Shown piece by piece: positions 11,040 to 23,428 of a stretch of DNA of 64,000 nucleotides. Both the position numbers and the translations under genes were made by a program. Origin of the DNA: Adineta vaga (lineage: Eukaryota > Animalia > Rotifera); NCBI GenBank assembly GCA_021613535.1, contig CP075494.1:2356001-2420000 (forward strand), read 5' to 3'. The stretch's first letter is position 1. Each line of letters begins with the position of its first letter. The notes beneath the pieces were generated by a model. It was not told where the DNA came from, did no database searches, and saw nothing but the letters and a program-made list of their open reading frames with translations.

Positions 11040-11963
11040 ATGGACCATCGTCGTTTACATTCTATTCTTCTCAATCTTCGACATCGTCTTACTGATAATG
11101 ATCGAAAACGTCTTCATTTCTATCTTGGTAAAGATGCTGTACGAAGAATTCAAGATCATCCAACACTTACTGGAACTCTCAATCTCATTGGATCTCTTAT
11201 TGATAAAGATAGAATTAATAATAAAGATCTCAGTTATCTTATCAACGCACTTGATGAGATTTATTGTTCTGATGCTGCAAACTTCTTACTAGGTAAATTC
11301 ATTAATTTTATTTGATAAAATGTTAACAGTCTCTATAATTAGAGTATCAAAAGCGTACGAATCAGTTCAATCAATCAATCCATAGTTTATCGAAAATTCT
11401 GCCGCCTTCTCGACAGAATCATACACAATCATGTAGGTAAACTAGTAGAATCATCCGATATTCTGATTTTATATCAACTTAAATTTAGTGGGACTCCATC
11501 GAGATGATAATAGTCATAGTGAAATAACGGGCATTTCCAAGAAAAAATTGTTGACGAAATCTTCTTTTCTATTCGTTCTGTTATGTCTTATTATAAATGG
11601 AGAATTATTATTTTTCTCTCTTTGGTGTAATATCAAGTTTCGTCAATTGGAAGACAAAAATCTTGGATTTATGGAAGTAATAAAAGAAATGGAAACAAGT
11701 CAACATGCAAATTCTATGAACTTGAATGAATCCGAGAAGAAATTGAAAATATTCGAAGGTAAGAACGTACTTAAATTTCTTCCAAAGAATAAATATCCGA
11801 ATGACTCTAAGGCTTGGCAAAAAACACAAACGATTTAAAAGAAAACATATATTTCTCGTATTTCGTAGATGATAAACATACAGTCAAATGTTTGAAAAGG
11901 AACTATGGATGTGGATTTAATCGTTTAGGTTACTCTAAAGTAGCTCACACATATTTCAAATAG
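11040..11963 (+). CDS. Death effector domain (DED) + single transmembrane + coiled-coil protein, about 4 exons
   Basis: Exon 1 has a DED-like pattern (LTDNDRKRLHFYL...LNLIGSLIDKDRINNKDLSYLINALDEI). A later exon has a TM segment (FLFVLLCLIINGELLFFSLW) then a coiled coil. GT-AG introns at about 11293, 11437 and 11759. The last exon is uncertain. Confidence 0.65.
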
Positions 11964-12289
11964 TTGGTTTTTTTTAAGACTAAATTCTATGGAACGAGTT
12001 TTCTGTAGAGAAAGAAATCCGCATGTGCGATTTACTAAAAGCTATAGATTCAAATTAACTATTTTTTGATTCAGTAAGACTAAGTAGAATTTTATTATTG
12101 TTTGAACAGTGTTGTCAAGAAATCCGGAAAATAATAATCCGGAAAAATAAAATCCGGAAAAATAAAAATTCGGAAAAGTAAAAATCTGAAGAGTGAAAAA
12201 TCAAGGAAAATTTTATTCGTAGTGTAATAGTGATAAAAGATATAATAAGTAGAAATAATGCAGATGTGAGAGACAATTTGATAAGAAGT

Positions 12290-13927
12290 TTATTTCTTCG
12301 AAGCTACCAAAAGAGAGAGTCCGTCGAGAAGTTCGGCACGATCGATGTCGCCGTTGCAGAAGCGAGTACCTAAATTATCGATGTGTTTCTGCATGGCCAA
12401 TGTCTTCGGCGCTTTCTTCTGTTGCGCTCCCGCTTTAAGCTTGAGATATTGTTGTTGAAAGGTGACTTCTTCAGCTTGCAAGCAAGCGATGAACGCCCAC
12501 ATGTTAGGATGAGTTTTGTTCATCCGTTTATTGAAACGATTATTCCATCCTTTGAATGAGAGAAGGGAAATGCTTCTCGTTAACAGATTGCAAGAAGACA
12601 AAAGGGAGAATTATTCACCCTCAACGTGATTGTTGGTGCGCACATTGAGATCCGCCACATTCCATAGGCTCAACTTGATGTTCTTCATCCAGTGGTCTCG
12701 GAAGTAATCGATGAGATCATCGATAGAATCGGGCGCTTCTTCCACGATGTCGTCGAACCCTTGTTCGATCTGATTGAGTGGAAGCAGAGCCAAGGCCATA
12801 AGCTTTCTAGCTAAAGCGCATGCTTCGAGGTCAGTCTTGTAGACTGTAGCAAGCCCAAGTGTCTGAATTCTCCGATGGATTGCTTGAGTATAGTGGAAGT
12901 AACAACCCTTGTGGTGACTGTTTGGGAACTGAATAGAGGAAGAAAGAGAAACTAGATTTTCTAAGAACTCGGATAGGGAAAGAATCACTTCGCTGTCGAT
13001 GACGCCGATGAGTGCCACTTCGAAATCAGTTGTCACTCGTGTAGGTTGGAAAGCAAGCTTGAGACGAACGGCATGATCCTTGAGAACGCTAAATATATGC
13101 TTGTAATCAAAGGCCTTTCGCTCAGTCATGAGCACGATGACGCAAAGAAAGCCTGGATGGCGTTGTTTGGAACAATTTCATGGATAAATTTCGAAGAAGA
13201 AAACTCACTCTGTTCGTGCCTAAGCCCGTGAATGGAATAGACTTGGGCAAAGTGTTTCGGTGACGTGCTAAATGTTCCATCCATCAAGATATGGGTGCAT
13301 TTGAACAGAAATTGAAGTTGTTCCTCCGTGGCGAACATGATGATCCGCCTGGAAACATCATCATTGGCGTGCCAGACGTGATCAGCCAAAAGATAACGTT
13401 CGCCATCCAGGGCGACCTTGTAGCACCGGGCTATGTAGAAATCAATTGAGGTGGGAAGAGCCGGCATTGCCTTTCGTCGGTGTAAGTTAAGCCCAGCTCC
13501 TGGATACCATCAGAGGGAGAGAAATATTAAGGGAGAGGGAAACTTTTCGTCACTCACGAGCTTCGTTCGCTGTTGGTGCCGTGACCAGAGCTACCTTCCA
13601 TAAGCTCGCCTTAGCCATTTCTTGGTCGTAAATCTGGCCAATAGATGTTGTCTCACCGGTGACGCGAATCTTGACGGTGTTCATCAACTGACGAACTTCG
13701 ATCTGCTCTGGGATGGGAGGATGGCAGTGATCGTTCTTCTGTTTGGTTGCTACACCAGTGTTTGTGTTCGTGTGGGCGACGGCGGGACAGTGCTTAAATT
13801 GGCAGGCCCAATAAGTGGTCTTCACCGTAGGCTTGCCACTCTGTTGATAGAGATAATCGTCAATGACGAGAAGAGACTTACCTTTATTGCTGTTGATGTA
13901 GGAGTACGGCGGATTAGTAGTGGCCAT
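12290..13927 (-). CDS. FLYWCH + MULE-domain DDE transposase, about 5 exons
   Basis: YLY...YWACQFKHCPA...HCH (FLYWCH), LMDGTF (first D), TTDFE (second D), GCYFHYTQ (CxxH) and RTNNHVEGWN (E). Short GT-AG introns, the first at 13557-13500, join the ORF pieces. Confidence 0.9.
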
Positions 13928-14108
13928 TGTAACAAGAGGAGAGGATAAGTGGGAATCGTGGGTGTAATAGTTGACTACTAACTAGTTGGTTAGTTTCTGT
14001 TTTATCAAGTAATTCATCGCACTATATATATGGTCGTGGAACTGTGGGGGAGAGAGTGTATGAACAAGGGAAAACGAGGAGAGATAGATAGTACTAGAGA
14101 AAGAAATA

Positions 14109-14112
<4 letters not shown>

Positions 14113-14146
<34 letters not shown>
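14113..14146. repeat. (GA)n microsatellite inside the MULE 5' region
   Basis: About 17 GA units seen directly. Confidence 0.95.
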
Positions 14147-14150
<4 letters not shown>

Positions 14151-15172
14151 AATAGTATGAACGCAGAGCGAGAGAGTGAATAATACAAAGGAAACCAGGA
14201 GTACGTTAACACAAAGCAGATCAATAGCTGTTCCTTTGAATTCTATCAAAAGACACAGAAAAAGAAGAAACGTATCGATATTGTTATGATCCAGCAGTAT
14301 GTGGCTCCTATGATGGAGAAGAGACATGGCTGGATAGCTCTGTTGGTATAGCATCCGTCAGGTACGCGGTACGACCGAGGTTCGCTTCCTCATCTGGTCA
14401 TTTCTTTTTTTTCTCTCTGTTGTCATACTATCTCGCTGAGCGGATGATATCGGTTATGAGATTTCCATGTTCACAAACATGTTTTATTTCTTTTCCGGAT
14501 TATACTTTTCCAGATTATTTTTTTTCCAGATTTTTTCGATTCCGGATTTTTCTTTTCCGGATTTCTTGACATATCCGTTTGAACATTAGTCCAAAGAAAA
14601 TGATTTAAACGCATTATCAGTATAGTAAACCTATTCTAATCGACCTTTAGATTGAATCTAATCTGAAACTATAATATCTTTGATTAATTTTTGATCATAT
14701 TCTATCACACGCAAACGATTGTGATCAATTGAATTTTTTCCCCATCCGTTTTCACCAAATTAGACATTGTATTTTAAAAATCCTCAACCCATGGAATCTT
14801 TCCATGATTAACTGAAATATTCAAGCCCCTATCAATTTGTGACTACAAGCAATGATGAACAATCAAACTTTCTTGACGCTCCACAGTACCTGATAAATTA
14901 TTAACAACAACCATCTTTTCATTCATCTTTTATGAGAAACAATTTTGAAGGCATTATTTCCTACTGAGATTCAGCGTAAAAACAAATTGTATAATTCAAT
15001 GATATAATGACCTGTTTTCAAAATTCTGGAATGATGTTGCGACCCCGATTTCATACATACTAGTATTTCATGGAATAAACCCATTCTACCTTACATCATC
15101 CACAATGCCTTCCATGTTCTTACTATCTCATAAGCTTCATGGTTAAAGGTCACAGAAACTTTAAGGTACACG

Positions 15173-17590
15173 GTGAACCTGTTAATTAAAAAGCAAATCG
15201 ACATGATCATACACTGCAATCCTTCATCACTGCATAGACCAACCAGAAAAGCATTTGCTAAAGACTCCACTTTCATTTATCGAAATTTGATCACTTATTT
15301 CGATTCTATATTTTTAGTTTATGAAGAAATAAAAGGCACATCATCTATCATCACCAACTATCACCGAAACAACCAAAACACACATAACTCTATTTCCAAT
15401 CATCACTCCAGCTTACGTGTCACTTATCATAACATTGGCTCCATCTATAATAAAATGGGTAAATATTCAAGTGCATTTACAAACTACAACAAAGCACTCG
15501 AAATTGAACAAAAGTCTCTTCCTTTCGATCATCCAGACTTGGCCATTAGTTACAATAACATCGGTTCAGTGTATTACAAGATGGGAGATCATTCGACAGC
15601 TCTGGAAAACTACAACAAGGCACTCGAGATTCGACGAAAATCTCTTCCTTCCAATCATCCAGACTTAGTCACTAGTTACAACAACATCGGTTTAGTCTAT
15701 TACAAGATGGGAGATCATTCGAGAGCTCTCGAAAACTTCAACAAGGCACTCGAAATTCAACAAAAGTCTCTTTCGTTCGAGCATACACATTTAGCTCCCA
15801 TCTTGAACAACATCGGCTTAGTGTATCATGACATGGGAGATCATTCGAGAGCTCTGGAAAACTACCACGAGGCACTCGAGATTCAACAAAAATCTCTTCC
15901 CTCCAACCATGCAGACTTAGCTCCTATTTACAACAACATCGGCTCAGTCTATTACCAGAAGGGAGATCATTCGAGAGCTCTGGAAAACTACAACAAAGCG
16001 CTCGAGATTCAACACAAATCTCTATCTTTCAATCATCCAGATTTAGCCATTAGTTACAACAACATCGGTTTAGTCTATTACAAGATGGGAGATCACTCGA
16101 GAGCTCAGGAAAACTACAACAAGGCACTCGAGATTCGACGAAAATCTCTTCCTTCCAATCATCCAGACTTAGCCATCACCTTGAACAACATCGGTTTCGT
16201 GTATCATGACATGGGAGATCATTCGAGAGCTCTTGAAAACTACAACAAGGCACTCGCGATCGAAAAAAAATCTCTTCCTTTCGACCATCCAGACTTAGCC
16301 ATTAGTTACAACAACATCGGTTTAGTCTATTACAATATGGGAGATCATTCGAGAGCTCTGGAAAACTACAACAAGGCACTCGAGATTCGACGAAAATCTC
16401 TTCCTTCCAATCATCCAGACCTAGCCACCACCTTGAACAACATCGGTTTCGTGTATCATGACATGGGAGATCATTCGAGAGCTCTTGAAAACTTCAACAA
16501 GGCACTCGCGATCGAAAAAAAATCTCTTCCTTTCGACCATCCAGACTTAGCCATTAGTTACAACAACATCGGTTTAGTCTATTACAATATGGGAGATCAT
16601 TCGAGAGCTCTGGAGAACTACAACAAAGCGCTCGAGATTAAACACAAATCTCTATCTTTCAATCATCCAGACTTAGCCATCACCTTGAACAACATCGGTT
16701 TCATGTATTATGAGATGGGAGATCATTCAACAGCTCTGCAAACCTACAACAACGCGCTCCATATTCAACAACAATCTCTTCCGTTCAATCATCCAGACTT
16801 AGCCACTAGTTACAATAACATTGGTTTAGTATATTTCAAGAAAAGGGATCATGTGAGAGCTCTGAAAAACTACAACAAGGCACTCGAAATTCAGCGACAA
16901 TCTCTTCCTACCAATCATCCCGACTTAGCTGCCATCTTGCACAACATCGGTTTGGTGTATCATGACATGGGAGATCATTCGAGAGCCCTTGAAAACTACA
17001 ACAAGGCACTCGCGATTCAACGAAAAACTCTTCCTTCCGATCATCCAGACTTAGCCATTAGTTACAACAACATCGGTTTAGTTTATCGCAAGAAGGAAGA
17101 TCATTCGAGAGGTCTCAAAAACTATAACAACGCCCTCGAGATTCAACAAAAATCTCTTCCAGCTGATCATCCACACTTAGCCACCACCTTGAACAACATC
17201 GGTTCAGCGTATCATGGTATGGGCGATCATTCGAGAGCTCTGGAAAACTACAACAAGGCACTCGAGATTCGACAAAAATCTCTTCCTTCCGATCATCCAG
17301 ACCTGGCCACCACCTACAACAACATTGGTTCAGTGTATCATGGCATGGGCGATCATTCGAGAGCTCTGGAAAACTACAACAAGGCACTCGAGATTCGACA
17401 AAAATCTCTTCCTTCCGATCATCCAGACCTAGCCACCACCTACAACAACATTGGTTCAGTGTATCAGAACATGGATGAACATTGGAGAGCTCTAAGAAAA
17501 GTCAACAAAGGAGTGAAAATTACGAGAAAGATGTCTGAAAAAGATCAATTATCTCCTGGTTTCAGTTTTCGAGAAGATTTTTTCGCATGA
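15173..17590 (+). CDS. TPR-repeat protein (kinesin light chain/nephrocystin-3-like 42-aa repeats); true 5' end uncertain
   Basis: 17 tandem 42-aa (126-bp) repeats of type HPDLAxSYNNIGxVYxxMGDHSRALENYNKALEI. The ORF begins at GTG and there is a likely splice acceptor at about 15318. Confidence 0.85.
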   Translation: MNLLIKKQIDMIIHCNPSSLHRPTRKAFAKDSTFIYRNLITYFDSIFLVYEEIKGTSSIITNYHRNNQNTHNSISNHHSSLRVTYHNIGSIYNKMGKYSSAFTNYNKALEIEQKSLPFDHPDLAISYNNIGSVYYKMGDHSTALENYNKALEIRRKSLPSNHPDLVTSYNNIGLVYYKMGDHSRALENFNKALEIQQKSLSFEHTHLAPILNNIGLVYHDMGDHSRALENYHEALEIQQKSLPSNHADLAPIYNNIGSVYYQKGDHSRALENYNKALEIQHKSLSFNHPDLAISYNNIGLVYYKMGDHSRAQENYNKALEIRRKSLPSNHPDLAITLNNIGFVYHDMGDHSRALENYNKALAIEKKSLPFDHPDLAISYNNIGLVYYNMGDHSRALENYNKALEIRRKSLPSNHPDLATTLNNIGFVYHDMGDHSRALENFNKALAIEKKSLPFDHPDLAISYNNIGLVYYNMGDHSRALENYNKALEIKHKSLSFNHPDLAITLNNIGFMYYEMGDHSTALQTYNNALHIQQQSLPFNHPDLATSYNNIGLVYFKKRDHVRALKNYNKALEIQRQSLPTNHPDLAAILHNIGLVYHDMGDHSRALENYNKALAIQRKTLPSDHPDLAISYNNIGLVYRKKEDHSRGLKNYNNALEIQQKSLPADHPHLATTLNNIGSAYHGMGDHSRALENYNKALEIRQKSLPSDHPDLATTYNNIGSVYHGMGDHSRALENYNKALEIRQKSLPSDHPDLATTYNNIGSVYQNMDEHWRALRKVNKGVKITRKMSEKDQLSPGFSFREDFFA

Positions 17591-18137
17591 GGTTGTGAAT
17601 ATTTGGATTGGAAAACAGATACTGTTAAAACCGAGTCTCGATATCATTGATCTAGTTATCTAGTTTTCGTTTTACTTATTCGATTATTATTGAGTCTTAA
17701 TAGAAACGCTAAATGGTTTTACCGGTCGTTAGCTTTATGGCAGCTTTTTATTTTAACGTGTTCGATGAATCAGAAAATATTGAGAGAATGTAGCAAAATA
17801 TCACGTCACAAACGAAGACATGTGTGAATGAATTGGTGGAAGTTCTCGTAAAAATGCGAAAAGGACGAACGATAGTGAGAAATGTTCACAGTTGTTGTGT
17901 GATTGTGGGAGATATACACGTAAAAGGTATGGGCGAAATACTGGAAATTTTAGACGAATGTATGAAGTCAAAAATAATCGAAGTTACTATATAAAATTTA
18001 AATAATCAATTTAAAATCATACGGAAGAGTATGTGCAATATTAAATATACGGGCTGCTTTTCTTTAGTATAATATTGCTTGTCAAAGCTTTATATTTGTA
18101 TCTCTAGACAGATCAGAGTGAAGTACATCAGTGTATC

Positions 18138-18184
18138 ATGAGGGTGAGGGTGTGGGATAGTAGGACGAACACTCACACCCTCAT
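18138..18184. repeat. Telomere-repeat palindrome, site P7
   Basis: ATGAGGGTGAGGGTGTGGG-ATAGTAGGACGAA-CACTCACACCCTCAT. Confidence 0.9.
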
Positions 18185-18573
18185 TTTGCTTTTTTACATG
18201 AATGAATGGATCATTTTGAATGAAAAATTATCATATTTTTTGTTGTCAGATGATCAACGCTTTCTTTTCCGATACTTTTTTCATTACTTATTTCTCATTT
18301 TACGTGGCGTGTACTTTTTTTTGTTTATTATAAGAAAAATTCTATATTGCATTTTTAATACTCTTTCCGATAGTATTTGTTTTTTGTCGTTCACTATATG
18401 ATTAATACTGTCCGACATAAAAACATGCACAGAAGCAAGTTTCGTTGCTCATAGGTATGCACTAGTATAGTCAGACTGAATGTGGAGAGAATTATTTCAA
18501 AATTTATTAATGATATCTTTGTATCTAGTTTATCGTAACAGAACACGGAAAAATAATAGATAATACTCTTAAA

Positions 18574-19640
18574 ATGTTTTATTCTTATCTAAACACGACG
18601 ATGTTAATTTTCTTAATGGTAACTGTAAAAAATAGTTCTTCGCTCCGCATTGGTTCAATATCTAATGCAACATTCATCGCAACATTTATTGGTGAAACAT
18701 TATCTAACATAAGTTGTATGCAATGTACATGTGTTGGTTTAATGAATTCTGCTGTTGGATGGAATTGTATGACAATAAACAACACATGTCAATTGATCAA
18801 AAACTATTCATTAAATGATACGGGATTAATAACAATTAATTATACAACTTTCTTCTTCCAACAATTTCCACTGGAACTAACAACTAATCTGACGAATGGA
18901 GAGAGTACTATAGCAGATGATAGAATCACGAGGACTGAAACAAGTATGTCTTAGACATTTAAAGTCATGATTTCATGAGTATTTTTGAAAAAAGAATTCT
19001 TAATAACGGAAAATTTCTTTTTAGTCACACTTTCAACAGCAATCAGTAAGTAGACAATATATTATTTCATATGAAAATAAATTTTATTAATTTTAAAGAA
19101 ACATTTAGTCGACTAACACATAATAATGATTCTATTTTTGGAATTTGTATGACAGGTATTGGCGGTGACAGCACACCGAGTAATGTATCTGGCAGCAATC
19201 AATGTAATTTCTACACGGGACAAGGTCCAACGAATGCTATTGACAACAATACTTTAACAAAATATACTAGTTTTGGAAATGGTACAATATCAACTTCGAG
19301 TACAACACAGGGATGTTATACTGGATTCTATATAACACCAACCAACGCTCCGTCTGTACTTACAGGAATTCAATTCTCAACGGGAAATGATTATCCAGAT
19401 AGAGATCCAATAATAATTGCTATAGAAGGAACTAATTCAACTTTGTTAACAATAGGAAATAGTTGGACATTAATTTATTATGGATCTAGTGGTCTTAATA
19501 ATAATCCAGGACGATATCAATTAGGTGTACAACAAATATTTAATAATACAATTGCTTTTACAAGTTATCGACTACTGACAATAACTAAAAGAGGAATAGG
19601 AATAGCAGTTCAATATTCTGAAGCTATTTTATTTGGCTGA
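18574..19640 (+). CDS. Secreted protein with a Cys-rich (PAN-like) N-terminal domain and a discoidin/galactose-binding-like C-terminal domain, multi-exon
   Basis: Signal-like N-terminus and CxxCxC...C...C motif. C-terminal domain has NAIDNNTLTKY, GIQFSTGNDYPDRDP, FTSYRLL and VQYSE. Introns lie between about 18945 and 19100. Confidence 0.6.
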
Positions 19641-19848
19641 ATCCTTCAAATATGATTTGATTTGATTTACAATTGAAATTAACAAATATATATATATATA
19701 TTTTTTTAATCTTCAATGATGTTTATTACTGCTGGATATGAAGAAAAAAGTGAATTATATATTAAATTTTATCAAGAATACATGTATGTTTGTGTTCGAT
19801 TACTGTCTATCGTTTAGTTTATAAGAAATAGAAAAAAAACTCTTATAG

Positions 19849-20931
19849 CTATTCAACAAGACGTTGTGTAGCAGTATTTACGGTTCCATTCATTGATGAA
19901 TGAATCTTATTGATTTGAAATAAATGTTTAATTTCACGACGAAATCCACGACTTGAAAGAATTGAAATATGAAAACTAGAAGAGAAAAAAGTAAAGGAAA
20001 GTATTTTAGTAAATTGTCCGATGACGTCATCAATAGATTCTTGTAATGATGTTTTATCCGATCGTTCAGTGACTACATCATAAAGTAGTCGACATCCATA
20101 GGGAAGAAACGAGACAATTGCAATGATTGCTTGAAGAAGTAACATTAATGTTAATTGAGAATCAATATGATGAAATTGAGATTGTTTTATTGTATGTTGT
20201 TGTATTGAAACAGGAACCATATTTGTTCGACGTTGTAAAGTATTTTTCAATGATCTTCGTAAAAGATAAACTAATAAGAAGACAATAGTAAGTGGAAATA
20301 TGTTAAGTAAAATGGCTTCTAAATATTGATCAATAATATCATAGAATTCAGATGGTGGATCGCAATCATCATCTTCTAATGTATAGACGATAGCTCGATG
20401 AACTAAAATTGAGAACCAGAAGAGACTTGAAATAATTACTAATTTACGTGCCAATGAAACACGATTACTCCATTTTCGATAGGCTAAAATATAATGAAAT
20501 AGTAGTTATGTTTATAGAACATATTTATATTCACCATTTGAACGTTGTGTTGATAGAATTCGATCGATGGATGCTAATGTAAAGAATGTAAAAGAACACA
20601 AATAAAAATAATATTCAGCAAATTGTCGACTTTTACATATATAAACAGAAACTGTTTTTACTGGAATATCAAAACCTTTTTCAATTATTCGTGTAAGAAG
20701 TATAAAATTCAGTACAACGAAATCAGAAAAGCTTTGAAAAACTAGATAAATTGTATAAGCTCGACGACGAAATAATGTTGATCGATAAATTAAAAGATTA
20801 CCAACACAACCAATATTACCCATAATTAATAGAAATGTTCCAAGCCAAATGTTGATATTAGTTCGCATTGTACGAAGAATAACAATTGTACTATCACTAC
20901 TAGTACGAGCACTCATATTTGTTGAATTCAT
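19849..20931 (-). CDS. Orphan rhodopsin-like 7TM GPCR, 2 exons (20931-20535, 20483-19849)
   Basis: GN in TM1, ICK...ASIDR, SFLPY in TM6 and FRRE in helix 8. A 51-bp GT-AG intron restores the frame. Confidence 0.85.
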
Positions 20932-21430
20932 TGTATCTTGATCTATTGTAAACTCAATTCAAACTCTCTCTGATTAGATATGAAAGTAGATGTTCTATCC
21001 AACTTATTATTTATAGAAATTATCAAGTCTGAAACTGTCATTTGAATTACGTTCCTTTTCTTTAAACATTTCACGTTTCGATACTCTCTCTGTAACTTAA
21101 ATAAAAATGAAAGATATCATCAGTAATGATTTTTCCACTTGATGAGATAAATGAACATTATTAATACTGAAGTTATAACCATCAACCGGGATTTTAATGT
21201 GCTCTTTTTTTTACCATGATTTCAATCACTAGCTGTATATAATTGGTAATAATATAAGACATTTTCCCGTGACTCTTCTATGATTTTTTTCGTCTTTCTT
21301 CCTCTTAAATTTGAATAAATTGAAAATGGTCAATAACGAAAAGATTTGTATACATGTACACTAAACTCTGATCATTATTTCGCAGAGAAATCGATTTAAA
21401 TACTGAAGATATAAATTAAAATGAATAAAA

Positions 21431-21486
21431 CTTGACGGTGTGGGTGAGGGTTAAGACTATAGCACACCCACACCCACACCCTTAAG
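21431..21486. repeat. Telomere-repeat palindrome, site P8
   Basis: CTTGACGGTGTGGGTGAGGGT-TAAGACTATAGC-ACACCCACACCCACACCCTTAAG. Confidence 0.9.
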
Positions 21487-22278
21487 AAAAACAATGGAAA
21501 ATGCTGTACAAAATGTAAAAATTGTTAGATCTCTTTTTATATCAAAAACAATTTTACGATTATACATTTTTAGAGTCAACTTCAACGTATACATATATAT
21601 ATACGCACTGATAACCATCAAGATTATTAATCACGCGCGAACGATATAAGACTCGAAACTCGAAGAACGCAAGATAAAAAAAGAAAAAGTAGGTTATAAT
21701 GGAATAAATATATGGAAAGAAACAAATATAAAGTATTATATCATCAACAACATAGATCTGGTTCGTTTCGTACTACAACAGCAGATTTATCTATTCGATC
21801 TGTAAAATTTTCCAAATGATTTACTTTTGATAATTATGCTCATAATTTCAGAACTCTACAAGAAGCACTCTTTGAGATATGCTTATGTCAAATAAAATAT
21901 GACCTAAGTGGAAAGAAAATTTTTATATAAATTAATTTTAATCTATAAAAGTGAGCCTTTAAAAGTACTTTTCGTTTAATTAGAGTAAATATTCTGGAAT
22001 CTTCAAGTCTTCTCAAGCTGATAGTTAACAATGACGTAAGCAACAAGGATAACAAATATATTTTCCTACGTCAAACATATAAAGCAAGAAAGGCATTACT
22101 CGAAGGCGTGTTTTTATTTGAAAACGTATTTGCATACATTTTCTTTCTTCATGTTCTTAATTTCATTAGTCAAATAAACTTCTAGACAAATAAGATACTT
22201 TTTCAACAAAATCTTTCGACGATTAAGTATTTTCGAACTAAACATATTGTTTATTTCTCTTTAGAAAAATCAATAACT

Positions 22279-23241
22279 ATGTCTTCAGACTATGAAATAA
22301 TCGCGTTATTATCGTCAGTTTTAAAAGGTTTACATAAATTTGGTGGACCAGTTGTAATTATTATAGGAAGTATCAGTTGTATTCTAAGTTTATGTGTTTT
22401 TGGTAGAAAAACTTTACGAAAAAATCCATGTTCAATCTATTTAATAGCAATGAATATTAACAATCTATTTTTAATCTATACATCAACATTATATATGACA
22501 TTAGCAATTGGTTATTCTATTGATCTAACAACCTACAGTGTATTCTTTTGTCGTTTCCGTTTTTATACAATGTTCTTCCTTGAAATCTTATCTCCATGTT
22601 ATCTCATATTGGCTTCTATTGATCGAGTATTAATTACATCACAAAATGCTTTAACTAGACAAAAGAGTACTGCTCGTCTTGCTTATATTTCTATCATTAT
22701 TGTCACTATATTCTGGTCAATAGTTCATTGTCATTCACTTATTTTTATGAATCTTGTACCAATTGGTCCAAATTTTTCTGTTTGCCTTTTTCAGCCTGAT
22801 TCATATTTATCAGTGATGAGTTATTATCCATTAGTCGTTAAAGTGTTTCTCATTCCTTTTCTCATGATCATTTTCGATTTATGGACAGTAAGAAATATTC
22901 GAAAGACGGTTAGAACTGCTCCAGCTTCTATGGTATTTAGGGCAGCAACATCAGGTGGAAATTCACAACTCATTCGATCAAAAGATCGACAACTTATTCG
23001 AATTCTATTTGTTGATACAAGTGTCTATATTTTATTCAATTTAATACAATCTGTTATTGTTATCTATCAACAAATTCGTCAAAATCAATCAGCAACTACT
23101 TTGCAAATTCGAATAGAAGGCTTTGTTTTTGTTCTTGCTCTCACATGTTCACCGATTCCATTCTATGTTGGATGTTATACCAATTTAATTATATCGAAAA
23201 CTTTTCGACAAGAAATGAAAAATATTCTAATGTTCAAATAA
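22279..23241 (+). CDS. Orphan rhodopsin-like 7TM GPCR
   Basis: 320-aa intronless ORF with LRKNPCSIYL, FCRFR...LASIDR, KDRQL and SKTFRQE. Confidence 0.85.
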   Translation: MSSDYEIIALLSSVLKGLHKFGGPVVIIIGSISCILSLCVFGRKTLRKNPCSIYLIAMNINNLFLIYTSTLYMTLAIGYSIDLTTYSVFFCRFRFYTMFFLEILSPCYLILASIDRVLITSQNALTRQKSTARLAYISIIIVTIFWSIVHCHSLIFMNLVPIGPNFSVCLFQPDSYLSVMSYYPLVVKVFLIPFLMIIFDLWTVRNIRKTVRTAPASMVFRAATSGGNSQLIRSKDRQLIRILFVDTSVYILFNLIQSVIVIYQQIRQNQSATTLQIRIEGFVFVLALTCSPIPFYVGCYTNLIISKTFRQEMKNILMFK

Positions 23242-23372
23242 GTATTGTAAAAATGTTGTCATTCGTTTGTCAAATAATAAATAATTCTTTATCATGATAT
23301 GAAAATTTTATGATGGTTTTGAAGCAAAATGATTTTAAAAGTTCATTAACGAACAAATTATATGTTTAGGTC

Positions 23373-23428
23373 GGGGTGGTGTGTGTGGGTGCGATTGACG
23401 AATAAATATACGACACTCACATCCTCAA
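23373..23428. repeat. Telomere-repeat palindrome, site P9
   Basis: GGGGTGGTGTGTGTGGGTGC ... ACACTCACATCCTCAA. Confidence 0.75.

Larger units (their letters stand above)
12109..14576 (-). mobile_element. Full-length Mutator-like (MULE) DNA transposon
   Basis: Perfect 9-bp target duplication GTTTGAACA at 12100-12108 and 14577-14585. TIRs TGTCAAGAAATCCGGAAAA with internal TCCGGAAAA repeats at both ends. Higher GC than the flanks. Transposase inside. Confidence 0.95.

Noticed and set aside
13622-13948. Antisense and alternate-frame ORFs over real genes (also 17115-17387, 29100-29573, 41069-41377)
   Set aside because: Shadow ORFs of coding sequence with no independent domain signal.
14600-15300. 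Possible decayed coding sequence upstream of the TPR gene
   Set aside because: Short open stretches on the minus strand, but no family I could recognise.
18138-18184. Palindromes as ordinary PIF/Tourist or piggyBac MITEs
   Set aside because: Flanks are inverted (TGA...TCA, TAA...TTG) rather than direct target duplications, and arm number varies. Not fully excluded without empty-site data.
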